From positions 145,978 through 188,092 of the forward strand of contig NMRA01000170.1 in NCBI GenBank assembly GCA_002633005.1: a stretch of 42,115 bases of DNA, given 5' to 3'. Positions 27,287 through 39,132 of this stretch are shown piece by piece. The translations under genes were made by a program, and so were the position numbers. Each line of letters begins with the position of its first letter. Within the stretch, counting starts at the first letter, position 1. This stretch comes from Phoronis australis (lineage: Eukaryota > Animalia > Phoronida). The notes under the pieces were generated by a model. The model searched no databases. It was given only the letters and a program-made list of their open reading frames with translations, and had not been told where the DNA came from.

Positions 27287-30200
27287 GTAAGTTGTTTGTG
27301 ATTAATCATGATTTGATATGTGTTTTAAAAATATATGACGACATAACTTCACATTTTACTCATCGAAGTATCCAAATCTCCAAACCCGCAATTATTTTTC
27401 GCGATTTTGTGAAAGGCGAGTGTCTTATGATCTGTTGTGAAGTACAGTAAGGTGTTTTACATGAGCGCACCAAGGGGGGCTCGTTCGAACCCCCCCCCCA
27501 TTTGGCGAAGTGGGCAAAAAGCTCCGCCTCTGAGAGACAAAAAGTCCGAGAAAATGAGGCATAAGTCCATTAAACATGCGCAAACGCGTAATTCACAGTG
27601 GTGCTCCCGTTTTTTTGTTTTTAGTCCGCCCACTTTTTTGTTACCAACAGGTCCGCAAAGTCAGGAATTCGAGCCCCCCATATTGAAGGCTGGGTGCGCA
27701 CATGTTTTAGTTCACGAAGGAATTTCCATGAAAAGTTTTAAAGGTTAATTGTCGTTGCTTTACAGTCAATGGCAATAGCAATTGGTGACTTAAACAACGA
27801 CGTCCCTGACGAAACATCTCCTTCTAAGAATGAGACAAATGAAACCTCTTCAGGCCGCAAGAATGGTAAACCGAAGTGCAATTTAGGAACATTAGCAACG
27901 TTGGTGGCAATAGCTGTGATACTCATCATCGTTGGAGCAACTTTCGGCGTGGAAAAACAGCATGGTAGGATTAAGGCTGCTATGACGTCAATGGTGGTGA
28001 TGTGATGAGAGTGAATGTGATGATGGTGGTGATGACGATGATAATGACGAAGAAGACGACGACGATGATGATGGCGATTGTGATAGAGTTGTCGTTGTTG
28101 ATGATAAGTTGATGAAAATAAGTATGGCAATAGCACATAAAATGTCATTCACAAAACATAAAACAACAATAAATGGCATGTATCGCTCTTGGCGGTACTG
28201 GGGATTTCCCGCAGACCACCCATAGGACTCTTTCAGAAACGTTCATTTTCGCGAAGAGACTTTTTTGGGCACAAATAACTCCCACGGGACTCAAGTACTG
28301 CTTACCACAGCGCACTCATTCAGAAGTGGGCTTAAAGTGTTGTATGAGGCAGGGCCGTCTTATTGACAGCGTCAAGGACCCCGGGCACCGCAGCAATGTA
28401 GTGGATCCAGCACCACTACAAATGAGTCAATAAGAGTGCTAATTGCGTACCATAAAGTTCACACGTAGGCTGTCAGAAGTTGGCTGTGGGTTTGTTTAAA
28501 AGGTAGCTTTGAAAGTGTGCGTGGATGGAGAGAGAGAATGAATAAATCCAGTAATTATTTTATTATATGATAACATGTTGTTAATTAGGCTAAGTAGACT
28601 AACAATGAAGAAGAGTAACTGCTAGCGCCCTATGTAAGGATTACTTAACTATTAAATAATCAAACGTCTCAGGTGGCACTGAACAAAATATTAAAACCTA
28701 GGAGTAGGCTAGGTTTGGGGATTTTTTTAGTTGAGGTAATGCATGTAGGCAAAAGGAATGTCTTTTGTTTGTATTTGTGAACATGTTGAGAATGAAAAAG
28801 ACCTCGCCTGTAGCAGCACTCTTCTTCAAGATGGCGGCCCCGTGTTGTGCATTGCCGGGTAGCGACTGAGAAATTGGCAGCGATTTCAGGTAGTCCTCAA
28901 ACAAGCCAGAGAGTTCGTTGACAGTACTTTTGGACCACATTTTTGGAATCGGTAGGAAATTAGTTTTCAGAATCTAATGTTGGCTTTAGTCGAGTATCGG
29001 CAGGGAAGTGGTGATTTTGGGGTGAAAAGTGCCGATTTTCCGTTTTCCCTCTTTTTCCTAGTCTACCTTGCTTTTCAGTAGGAGTGAAAGGGTAAAAATA
29101 CAAGAGAGAATAAAGTTTCTGTGCTCATCTGTAGGGCTTGTGATGTGAAATGACTCGAAACTTTTCGTTCTTTGCGTGCAGTTTTTGACAGAGTGAAGAA
29201 AGGCTGACCGCTGACGTGTGTTTTGATAGGCAAACTCCTGTTCTGTGCCCCCTTATCTGCTGTCCAAGCTTCAGGACTTGACACTTGTTTGATGAGTCCT
29301 GCTGGTGAATCTTCGAACTAACACACGTACTGTACTGAGACAGTGTACTTGCTGGTCCCTCGTGTCGCAACACTTGCAGACAGTATCTTCTGCTCACGAT
29401 TCCTTTTGCTGGTCACAGTCTCACGAGACGCAACACTTGCAGGCAGTAATTCCTACCCACGACTTCTCTTGCTGGTCACAGCCTCTGGCGACGCAACACT
29501 TATAGGCAGTGTCTTACTACCCACGATGCAAATGACAAGCTCTTAGTTAACTTCCCGTTCGTTAACTATTGCCCTTGCCAAGATCCTCTTTAGAATCTTT
29601 CACGAGAAGGCTGGGCTGTACAGTTTCTTCTGTACACTGTTGAAAGTCTTCTGGCTTCAACTAATAAATCCAACGGTGTTTTCAAGATTTCTGCCCAAAT
29701 TATAATAATATTTTACTTAACGATTGGCACACATGATCTTATCTAATCATGTCATTGGCTGTTACGATTTGCTCTGAGAAATTACAAGAATCTTTAGAGT
29801 GCATTGACTCCAGAACCAAAGTGGTAGACATCATCTAGAAATTAATATTGCCCCTCAAAATACATGTAAACAAGTTCGACCACATGGTTTTAAAAGTACA
29901 TATGCACAAATTTGGGCAACTTAAATGGAACTATCTGTACTAATTACTTAATCAATATTAATTCTGACATAGGCCTACTGTAAACGTATTTTTATTGACA
30001 GGCCTACCGGCACGCCAACAAGAATCCGATCAGGAATTCAACAAAACAATTTGTAACATCATAATGCGTTCCTTTAAAATCGCAATTCAGCAAATGAATG
30101 TCACTCAGTTGATAGGACCTGTAGGACGCGTGAAGATATCACACTTACTAACAAACTGTCCCGCTTTGGCGGGACCGTTCCGGTTGTTGAAACTGCGTTA

Positions 30201-32476
30201 AACGTCCCGCCACATTATCAGACTGTCTTGCTTGTTCAGTTGGCATACGCAAAACCCCTCACGCCCCGTTTGTTAACTCGTGGCTGGATAGTCTGTGTTT
30301 GTGCACCTACTTATTCCCTTTTCTCTCTTCCATTTGACGTAAAAATGCCATCCTCGTATTTCTGGAAACTCCGGTTTAGAGCTCTATATGTTGATATAAG
30401 TTTCGCGACGAGGTGACGAGTACCTGGGCTATAAATTTCGGAGTCGGAGCTCAACACACAGTGCTACTGGTACCTAGTTGTATTTTGACAATAATCTTCA
30501 TGCAGCTAGCTGGCTGGCTAGGCCCTGGGATGAATCAAAAGTCGCACAGGAAAGAAATCCGAAAAAGGTTGTGAGTATGCACATGTTGATCGATTGGACT
30601 ACGTGAGCGCACGGCTAATGACCTATATCTCTTTGTGCTGTACAGGCTCAGTGACGTCTCAAAAAAACAGCGCTTGCAGTGGGGCTTTACGGAACTAATA
30701 AATTTTTACTTTTCAAAGTAAAAAAGAAAAATACTGTGCGCTATTTAGGAACGTGTGGATGCCAGTAACCAACCATTATACTTTCAAAAATCCTGTTAAA
30801 ATGCTGAAACATGTAGTTCAGACCTCCTTTAACCGATTCGCAGGATAATTCATGGGTGATTTATCGTGTGACAATTGTCACTGGTGTCGAAGAGACATCT
30901 GTCATGAACTTGAAATGCCAATCGGGTTTCACTTTATCGGCAGTTTGACCACTATAAATGCGGTCCAGTTTCTCCCTCTTTGACAATTCACAAACTTAAT
31001 TGAAATATTTTAACGACCCTGAACTGACATTTACCGCATTTTCCATACTTTTGCTTCGTGTCAGAAACGCCAAACGATCTCGAAGGACTTCTCACGGGGT
31101 TGTTTTTGGTCTTTGTTTTCGCAGACCACCATGAACCCTTATTTTGGTATAGGACTCTCCGGCAGTTACTGTATCATTGAGCTGCGCGGTAATCCTTTCA
31201 ATTCAGTAACTGAATCATTAACACAATCAATACGCAAAATAAAGATAAAAAGCTCAAGAGTGTAACACTATGTAATGCCAATTTCTGGTCTGGCACAGAC
31301 TAAACAGTCGCAACAAATGCTCAATAACCAAGTGTAGTAAAAAAAAATGTGAATTTGTTCCAATATTCGTAGTTCGGGGTACTATTACGCATTCACGTAT
31401 ACATGTTCGTATCCAGCAAGCGTGCTACGGAAACAGATTCGGCTCTATGTGCTCCCAACTTTTTTTAAAGAAACTGTTACCTAGAAAGCCAAAGTCCATG
31501 GCGTAAAAACCGTTACACTGTATAGACAACTTTAACATCATGAAGGTATGCGGGGGAGGGTTTCCAACTCAGTTTGAGTTTCAAGGCTATTATTGGCCAA
31601 AAAGACCATGGAATGGGTTTTTTTCTCTGAAACTTCCGAAAATTTGGGGTTCTGAAAAGCCCAATTTTGTGCGTTTCAGGGAGCAACCGTGGAGCTTCTA
31701 CCGACCCACGAGAGAAGGAAGCAGTAACCCATGATTCACAAGTAGGGTGGATCTTGACTCGTCCAGGTACAGACACCAAACCTTCCTCAATCCCTTTAGA
31801 GAACAACACAGTCCCCATTGTTGTTGATGATGAGAAAATCCTTCAGAGATGCTCTTCAAAAGATCATGAGTGCGCGAACGGCGAGTGCATTAACCAAGCT
31901 AATCTGGCATTAAACCTCAGTTGTGATGGATCTGTGGACTGTAAGGACGGGAGCGATGAAAATAATTGTGATTGTAATCCACTGCGTGATTGGCACTGCC
32001 CTAACAATAGCTCAGTGAAGTGCATTGACAAGTCATTCATTTGTGACCTAGATGAAGACTGTTCAGACGGAAGTGACGAGAAGCTATGCTCAGCTCCAGA
32101 ATGTCCCCTGGGAGATACAATGCATAGATGTGACAACGGTCTTTGTGTTCAAGGAGTTACTCTTTGCGACGGATTGCCCGATTGTCCCGATTCTAGTGAT
32201 GAAAGAAATTGCACCAGGACACAGTGTGGACATGATACATTTCGCTGTGATTACGGAGCCTGTATTGACCCTACAAATGTTTGTGACGGATTTGGTGATT
32301 GTTTTGACAACAGTGACGAGTTGCATTGTTCCACCCCAGTCTCCCCTTGTAATGAGTCAGAAGAATTCTCTTGCAAAACGTCTGGACTCTGCATTGATAT
32401 TGATTATGTTTGTGACGAGTTCTTCGACTGTTACGACTTAAGTGACGAGGAGAACTGCACATCAAACCATCTTTAG
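27245..32476 (+). CDS. Type II-like single-pass membrane protein with 5 LDL-receptor class A repeats, join(27245..27286,27766..27964,31680..32476), ~345 aa
   Basis: Exon 1 MEDQAKNKCAVDIN|GTAAGT (phase 0; an in-frame ATG also at 27230). Exon 2 follows gctttacag and has RKNGKPK then the hydrophobic LGTLATLVAIAVILIIVGATFGV, donor G|GTAGGA (phase 1). Exon 3 follows gcgtttcag (phase 1) and has five C..C..C..CD...DC.D.SDE..C units and a TAG. Confidence 0.78.
27460..27704. mobile_element. 245 bp MITE-like insertion in intron 1 of the LDLa gene
   Basis: Ends catgagcgcaccaag / ctgggtgcgcacatg (13/15 inverted match), with TTTTA on both flanks. Confidence 0.6.
27766..27964 (+). CDS. LDLa membrane protein exon 2 (polar N-terminal region + transmembrane helix)
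   Basis: ORF 27769..28005; splice sites flank the TM segment. Confidence 0.75.
27990..28115. repeat. Degenerate (GAT/GAC)n tract
   Basis: Direct reading. Confidence 0.85.
29345..29527. repeat. ~60 bp minisatellite x3 (ttgctggtc...cgcaacacttgcaggcagt...cccacga)
   Basis: Three imperfect tandem units. Confidence 0.85.
30375..30522 (+). mobile_element. Diverged single-arm relative of the ~530 bp palindromic element
   Basis: gagctcta..atgttga..cgaggtgac..aatttcg..gtcggagctca..tggtacctagttgtattttga..cagctagctggctggcta matches the left arm at 18880-19036. Confidence 0.65.
31680..32476 (+). CDS. LDLa membrane protein last exon: stalk + five LDLa repeats
   Basis: ORF 31667..32476 contains DCKDGSDE, DCSDGSDE, DCPDSSDE, DCFDNSDE and DCYDLSDE. 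AATAAA at ~32706. Confidence 0.92.
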
Positions 32477-33161
32477 CACTTTTCAAAGACCCAGCATGCA
32501 TAACTTCTTATAGAAATACTGCCAAGACACTCATTTGTAAGTTAAATTGGTAGCTGAACAATGGTTTAGATTGGGTCTACTATACAGCACTGGTTATAAT
32601 CATTAAAGTGGCATGGAACGTGTTAATACTAGGTCAAATTTGTATCATCCAAAGTGTACACGTTGGCCTACAATGTACATGGAACCGCGATTTCTCAAGT
32701 TTGTGAATAAAAGTTGGAATCTGAATGCAGTCAAGTTACTTTCTTTCCTGTTTAAAGTTTTAGAACTATCTCTACCCTCGTCACTGACGTCGTCGATGGA
32801 TGCTTTAGTCTTCTCAATTCTTGGATGGATTTGGCAAATACGTTTCTATCAAAGAGTTGAAGACACCTTAACTTTCTATTTTCGGATGTCACTGACGATT
32901 CTGCGCCACCTAGTAGCCACTTTTAAAATTTCGAGTCAAAATTTCTATTTGCCAAACCCCTTGAATTATCATTATGAAAATTGGCTGGTATGTTTCTTTC
33001 GAGGAGACCGCAGCTGACTTTTAAACGTGTTTGACTATTCTGGCGCCATTAGTGGGAATTTTGGGGTTTTGCGTCCACGGCTGTATCTCTTTCATCCTTT
33101 ACAAGAGCTTAGTGAAGTTTGGCAAGTGTGTTGCTATGAAACTGCCAACATATGATTGGTA

Positions 33162-33475
33162 TTTGCGTCGGATTGCCCGATTGCCCCGACTCCAGCGACG
33201 AAAGAAATTGCACCAACGTACAATATGGAAACAAGCATTTCCGCTGTGATTACGGAGCTTGTATTGACTCCATGTATGTTTGCGACGAATTTGGTGATTG
33301 TTATGACAACAGTGACGAGTTGCATTGCCCCACCCCAGTCTCGCCTTGCAATGAGCCAGAAGAATTCTCGTGCAAAACGTCTGGACTCTGCATTGAAATT
33401 GATTATGTTTGTGACGAGTTCATTGACTGCTACGACTTAAGTGATGAGGAAAACTGCACATCAAACCATCTTTAG
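33162..33475 (+). pseudogene. 5'-truncated tandem paralogous copy of the last 2.5 LDLa repeats
   Basis: Colinear with 32163-32476 (offset 999 bp), frame intact, same stop. No acceptor at its 5' edge; first Cys of repeat 4 changed to Tyr. Confidence 0.7.
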
Positions 33476-34765
33476 CATTTTTCAAATACTCGGCATGCTG
33501 AATTTCTTAGACAAATACTGCCAAGACACTATTTTTTATAATCCAGTCATTCTAGGGCTCCAGAGCGCCCAACCTAGAAATGTAATCTTCAAACACCCCT
33601 TGAAGCCAGAAAAAAGTCTACCGAAATCGGGTTGGCGGAAGTAAGTTTTTCCAGATGGCGGAAAAAATGGCTGCCTTAACTAGTGTTTACTGCTTTCTGG
33701 CATGTTAATCATATGTAACAGCTGAGAATAAATTAAAAAAGTTTGTCATTGATTTTATACTGTTCGTAACTAGCATACCAATCAAAAGATGCCAATTTTC
33801 CCTGAAAGAAAACCAATATGATAGACAAAATGGCGGCCAAAACGGCAATTTGGTACATGTTGTAAGATTCCTTTTTATATTTTGCCCTGAAAATGGAAAA
33901 ATTTGTATTCCTTTGTAAGTTAGACAATTGAAAATATCTGGACCTTTCAACTGGTCACTGGTTGGAGAGAAAAAAATCATGATGGCTGACAAAACGGCCG
34001 CCAAACTGGCCGCCCATTCACAAAACCCAATTTAAAGCATTTACGTTCTGCAAACTTTGTTTGTAACCTGATAGGCATTTACACAAAAACATTTTACAAT
34101 CTACAGTCAGGGTTAATGAGTTGCTTGTTTCTATAATTTGTTTTTTCAGATTTACATATTAAATGTGGTCTTTTAATCAGATTTTAGATTACATAACATA
34201 AAGTTTGGTGTGTTTATCAGAAAAGACTTTAGTTACAATTTCGTAATAAATTTCACACGCTCAATTATTTTTCTGTAAAATATATTCATTTGAGTTATCA
34301 AAAATAATATTTCTTAGAAACATATAACGTAGAAAATATATCTGAAACTAAATAAGGCGATCCAGATCCTCCCAAGGATACTATTGTTTCATGAAATGTA
34401 GAATATAAATCGGTAAATATCTATTTATTTACCGATTAAGAAACATATGAAATTCTAGTGGAGTTATTGGCTTATTCATTACACAAACACTGAACAAAAT
34501 TGGGCAGGAAGTGGCTTTTTTCTCTGCTATTGGAGATATTATTAGATGTTCCTAAGCAATGATTTTATCAGCTGCTGGCATATGTTGAGAATTTGGCTCT
34601 TGATTTCATCTGAATTTGATAAAAATCAAATAAAAATGTGTGACAAAAAGTTAATAATTAAATTTTAACATTTAGTATTCGCAATGTATGCTTTTTATGA
34701 ACATACGTAACTGAGTTTAGAGGAAATTTGTGCCAGCAAACAAAACGACAGAGATCTGCGGTCAC

Positions 34766-37471
34766 TTGCTCTTAGTCAGACTTGGCAGATTTCATACTGA
34801 GATGAGCTGTCTGGGATGTATTGGATGCGTAATGTCAGGCACAGGGCTTCAAGAAGTTCTTGAGATGGTGCATGCATCAAACAGTGTGATCCTTATGTCC
34901 CACTTCCAAATATTGACAGATGAAGTAACGTCAATCCAGAACCAATGAAGAAAGAAAGTCCGGTTCTTCAGAAATCCCGAGAGTCCCAGGTGTCACCAAC
35001 CCAGAACACACAGATCCCGTGCCAAGAGGGGAAGCAATCCAATGCTTGTAAACCAATGTTGGAGACAGATTCTTCAGACATCCCAACTGATTACATAACT
35101 AGATGTATACGCCAAGGCATGCAATGCACAGCCAGTGTCTTCCAATTCTGAACCTTGAATTACAGTGGAATACCCTCACGAGAGTTCACTTCTGGCTTCC
35201 GACCTACTGTCACTGGTATATTCAAACACGACTGAATCAGAGTATTAGGTCTTCAGAATACGCAGTGACAGAGAATAGTTCGTCAGAAGAATCAATGGCC
35301 AACGATATACTTGATGATGATTTGAGAGGTGGTCTGAAGCTGTATGATGATCTTATTGCTGGCATGACGTCTGTGAGCGGCGATGTATCGTCGTCGGAGT
35401 GTCTTGCAGGTATCCATAAAAAATCGAAGCACATAAATTAGACCTGTCCTTGCAAAGTCGAATCATTAGTCTTTGGCTACAGTATATGAAGATGGTTTAC
35501 ATCCTTTGACTTTTTTAAAGCAGAAATAACGTCAGATCGGGAGCTTCACCCAAAAGCAGTTTCTGAAATGCTGCCTTACTTTGCAGCTGCTGGTCACATC
35601 TCTTATGCAAATTCTGCGGACTTATACTTACTGCAGACGCAGCAACTCAAAGAAACCCGTCCAGATGTCATAAGACAAAGTGACAGATTTTGGGCAGGCT
35701 TGTCATATGATCTTGTAAATGAACAAACGCTCCTGAAAAGTATTGAAGCACCAGAAGGTTTAACTAGAGGTTGCGAAATGGGAGATACGCAGAGTGCACC
35801 GTGGCTGCTTTCCTTGCCGGCACGCTCAAGTATAAATTGTGCCATGTAGACTGTGACAAACTTGAGCTGCGAAACATGTCAGCAACATAAAGAATGTACC
35901 CAGGCCAGACAGTCGCGTGACGACAGACATCCGCAGCCTTGTTGAATTCCTCCACAACAGAGACCCATTTTAAAGAGAAACATTACAGAACACCGTCACT
36001 GGTGTGACCGCAGGCACGCGCGTCAATGCCGAAGATGGCAGAGAAGTGGGGATGATGATTCACTTGTCTTTGGAGGGGTCAAGTGTGAAAGACTTCACAT
36101 TCAGAAAGAAAGACAAGGTTGTGGCAATGACAAGTCAATCAGTTCATGTTGCTAATAGTGATTTTACACAAGTGGATCCACGACTGCTACTTCAGAGAAT
36201 CTTGGCAGCTGCAAAAACAACAGTGAAAGTTCATGAAGCCTTTTTTAAGTTTGAGATATGTGTTGATTCCCCTGCTCTTTTTGATACATCTGGTTTTCCC
36301 AGAGTCTCTAATAAACCAATATTAGCTGATTCAATCTGGTCCAGCGAGGGACTACCTGAGAATTTCAGTTTCCAGAAAACACGGTGATGCATGTAATCGA
36401 CGGCAGTTCTCTCCTTCACCAAATTCCATGGCCTAGAGGTGCAAGGTTTCAGTCGTTTGGCAGAGCTGATGTGGATTATATCAGCAAGTGCACCCAGCCT
36501 ACTGTTGCTTTTGATGGTTATGGAGGTGACCCATCAACTAAACATGTCTCTCATGTTCGAAGACTGTGTGGGGTTGCTGGAACTGAAGTTCACTCCAATG
36601 GTGAAATGGTGATCAAGTCAAAAAAGGAACATTTTTGGCAAAGAGCAAAAACAAACAATGATTCATTCACTTCTTGACAAGTTTGCTAGGAAATGCTGGT
36701 TACACAGTGGTAAAAGCTCAAGGCGAAGCAGATGTTTTAATTGTAGAAACAGCAGTAGAGAACGCAGCACAAGGTCCAACTACCCTTATTGCAGACGATA
36801 CAGACTTGTTAGTTATTTTGTGTTACCATGCTACTTCACAACAATTTCCAATGTTCATGAAATTTGACAAGAGGCACTAAAGCAAGAGGAGAGTCTGGGA
36901 CATCAAGAAACTACAGTTGTTTCTTGGAGCCAAAACTTGCGCAGTTTTGCCATTTGCGCATGCAAAGGCTCTCCCATTCAAGAAACTGCGTGATCGAGAA
37001 TTCTGCGAAAACGCTAGAATATTCAGTAGACCCATGCAACTGAAGCAAGACATATTTAGAGCTGGTAAGAGTTGTGTCTATGCTTTATGGCGGTAGTGGT
37101 TCTGGAAATTTGGATGACTTGCGATGCAGTCGATTTGAAGATGAGGTGTGTCAGACTAGCCCTAGTCTAAATAAAGTCATTACCACCAACTTTCTTCAGT
37201 AGCTAAATTCCATTGTGCCGGGACATATCAAGAGCAAGAGTGGTCAAGTTTCCTTGGCAGTGGCCTAGACTCGCTGTATTGGGGACAGATGCTGGAAGGT
37301 GGAAAATTTATTCCCGAGACGACGAACCAGTCAGCAGCACCAGAGAACCTGCTGAAAGTAGTAAGATGCTCGTGCAAGACCAACTGCAGTTCCAAGAGAC
37401 GTTCTTGCAAGAAGTAATGATTGCCGTGTTCGGTTGCATGTGGAGAATGCCGTGATTTAAGCTGCCACAAT
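34766..37471 (+). pseudogene. Fragmented Academ transposase with XPG/PIN-like nuclease region and C-terminal Cys-rich finger
   Basis: Motifs in order across frameshifts and stops: LGRFHTEMSCLGCIG..MSGTGL; MLPYFAAAGH..YA; SDRFWAGLSYDL..EQTL; GLTRG; QVDPRLLLQR; PALFD; VIDG..LLH.IPW; AFDGY; GEADVLIV; DDTDLLVIL; LPFAHA; RCSCKTNC...CKK**LPCSVACGECRDLSCHN. Confidence 0.82.
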
Positions 37472-37839
37472 TCATTCTCAGTTGACAGAGACTAGTTGTG
37501 TAAATACTGGTTGATTGTGTGTAGATTTTGATCACAGAGAATGGGTGCTACAGACTTGTAACATCACTAAAGAGAAGCCTAGTGGGAGCTGTGCAAGCAC
37601 TTATATTATAAACTGTTTAACTTGCTAAAAATACCTTTCTAAACCTTTCTCCTGTCTCAAATGTTGCTGTACTCACTAGGATTTACAACTAACTGGGTGT
37701 GACACAGACAGTGTGATAGTAGATCACTAAATCAATCGCAAAAATTTATTTTCGATACAGCACCTTTTTTAGGCGGAGAATGATCCTTCAGTCCAGGCGA
37801 ACCAGATATTTTCACCCAAATAAGTTATTATTCATTAAA

Positions 37840-38625
37840 CAATCTTGAAAATGGTAGTCGTAATCATCAGAGCCAGACAAAAATTATTATAATAGCCGTG
37901 CTGACCTAAAAAACTCAAGATATGAAATCTGTGAAGAGGGCGTGTCTCTGGAATCTGAAGTTCTTACATGAAGCAACTATTTGGTGGCCATCTTAGAAAA
38001 TGGTGGAAGTAATCATTAGAGCTAAATGCAATGAGTTTCAATGGATTAATCGACTCAGAAAACTTATGAAGCAATATTTGAAGCAAGACGACATACTGTT
38101 CATCCGAAGTTGTGCGACTCTAAATAGTTTTGTAAGCCATCTTGGAAAATGGCAAATGGTGTCACCACAGCCATGCAAAACTATTTCCAATGAATTTGCT
38201 GACCCACAAAACATAGGTAAACCTTTTTTAATTTTAACTCTATCACATTCCACTCTCAAGTTATAATGGTCATCTGCAAATTTGGCGGCCATTTTGTCCG
38301 CCATATTGGAAATGGTGGAAGTAATCATTAGAGCCAAATGTAATGAGTCTCAATGGACTAATCGACCCAGAAAACCTATGATGCAATGTTTGAAGCAAGA
38401 CGACACACTAATCTGCTCGTGCAAAGTTGTACGACTCAAAGTAGGTTTGGTGACCATCTTGGAAAATGGTGGACGGTGTCACCACAACCATGCAAAACTA
38501 TTTCCAATGGATTTGTTGACCCATGAAAGATAGGTAAACATTTTTGAATTTTTACTCCATCACATGCCACTCTCGAGTTATAATGGTCATCTGCAATGCT
38601 GGCGGCCATTTTTTCCGCCATCTTG
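37840..38625. repeat. Subterminal tandem repeats of the Academ element (~312 bp unit x2, built of ~150 bp subunits)
   Basis: atggtggaagtaatcattagagc at 38000 and 38312; ccatcttggaaaatgg...tgtcaccac at ~38138 and ~38454. Confidence 0.85.
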
Positions 38626-39132
38626 AAAAACCAACTTCCGCCACTCCGATTCCGGTAGACTTTTTCTCACAATACGGGGTGTGAGAGGATACGATTTATG
38701 CAATGAAACCTTCTATTGCAATTTTTTCCGTGTCATCCGTAGAATGACTGGACTATTAGATGTAGTCTTGTATAGGGCTGTAGTAACTTAACTGTGTATA
38801 TTACCCTGGTTATCATTAAAGTGGCATGGAACGTGTTAACAGGTCAAATTTGTATCATTCGAAGTGTTTGTATATTTTATTTGAAACACTACACATAGGC
38901 CTACACTGTATATGGAACCATGCTTTCTACGTTTTGTTTGTTAAAGCTGTAATCTCCATGCAGTCTGTTCCAGCCATGGGCAATCGTACCTCCCCCTCCG
39001 TTATGGGTATCCGGCTAACAGCACTTTTAAGTAGTCCTGTATATTTTCAGTTCCTTTCTCTCATTCTGTTCGTCCCTGTGGATGGGCATGAGCTGTCTTA
39101 CAACATCTCTTCTGGCGCTTTTCATTGTCCAT

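Larger units (their letters stand above)
33539..38755 (+). mobile_element. Academ-superfamily DNA transposon (AcademX-like), both ends present, decayed
   Basis: Termini TAATCCAGTCATTCTA / TAGAATGACTGGACTA with an imperfect ~140 bp TIR (aaaaagtctaccg..ggcggaagt..agatggcggaaaaaatgg). TTA on both flanks. Internal transposase remnants. Confidence 0.82.

Noticed and set aside
27738-28179. His/Ser-rich minus-strand ORFs
   Set aside because: Antisense of the TM exon plus the (GAT)n tract.
29345-29527. CRISPR-like array
   Set aside because: Units are contiguous imperfect repeats without unique spacers; eukaryotic context with no cas genes.
38000-38621. Paired similar ORFs (MVEVIIRAKCNE...)
   Set aside because: By-products of the Academ subterminal tandem repeat; frames are not conserved between units.
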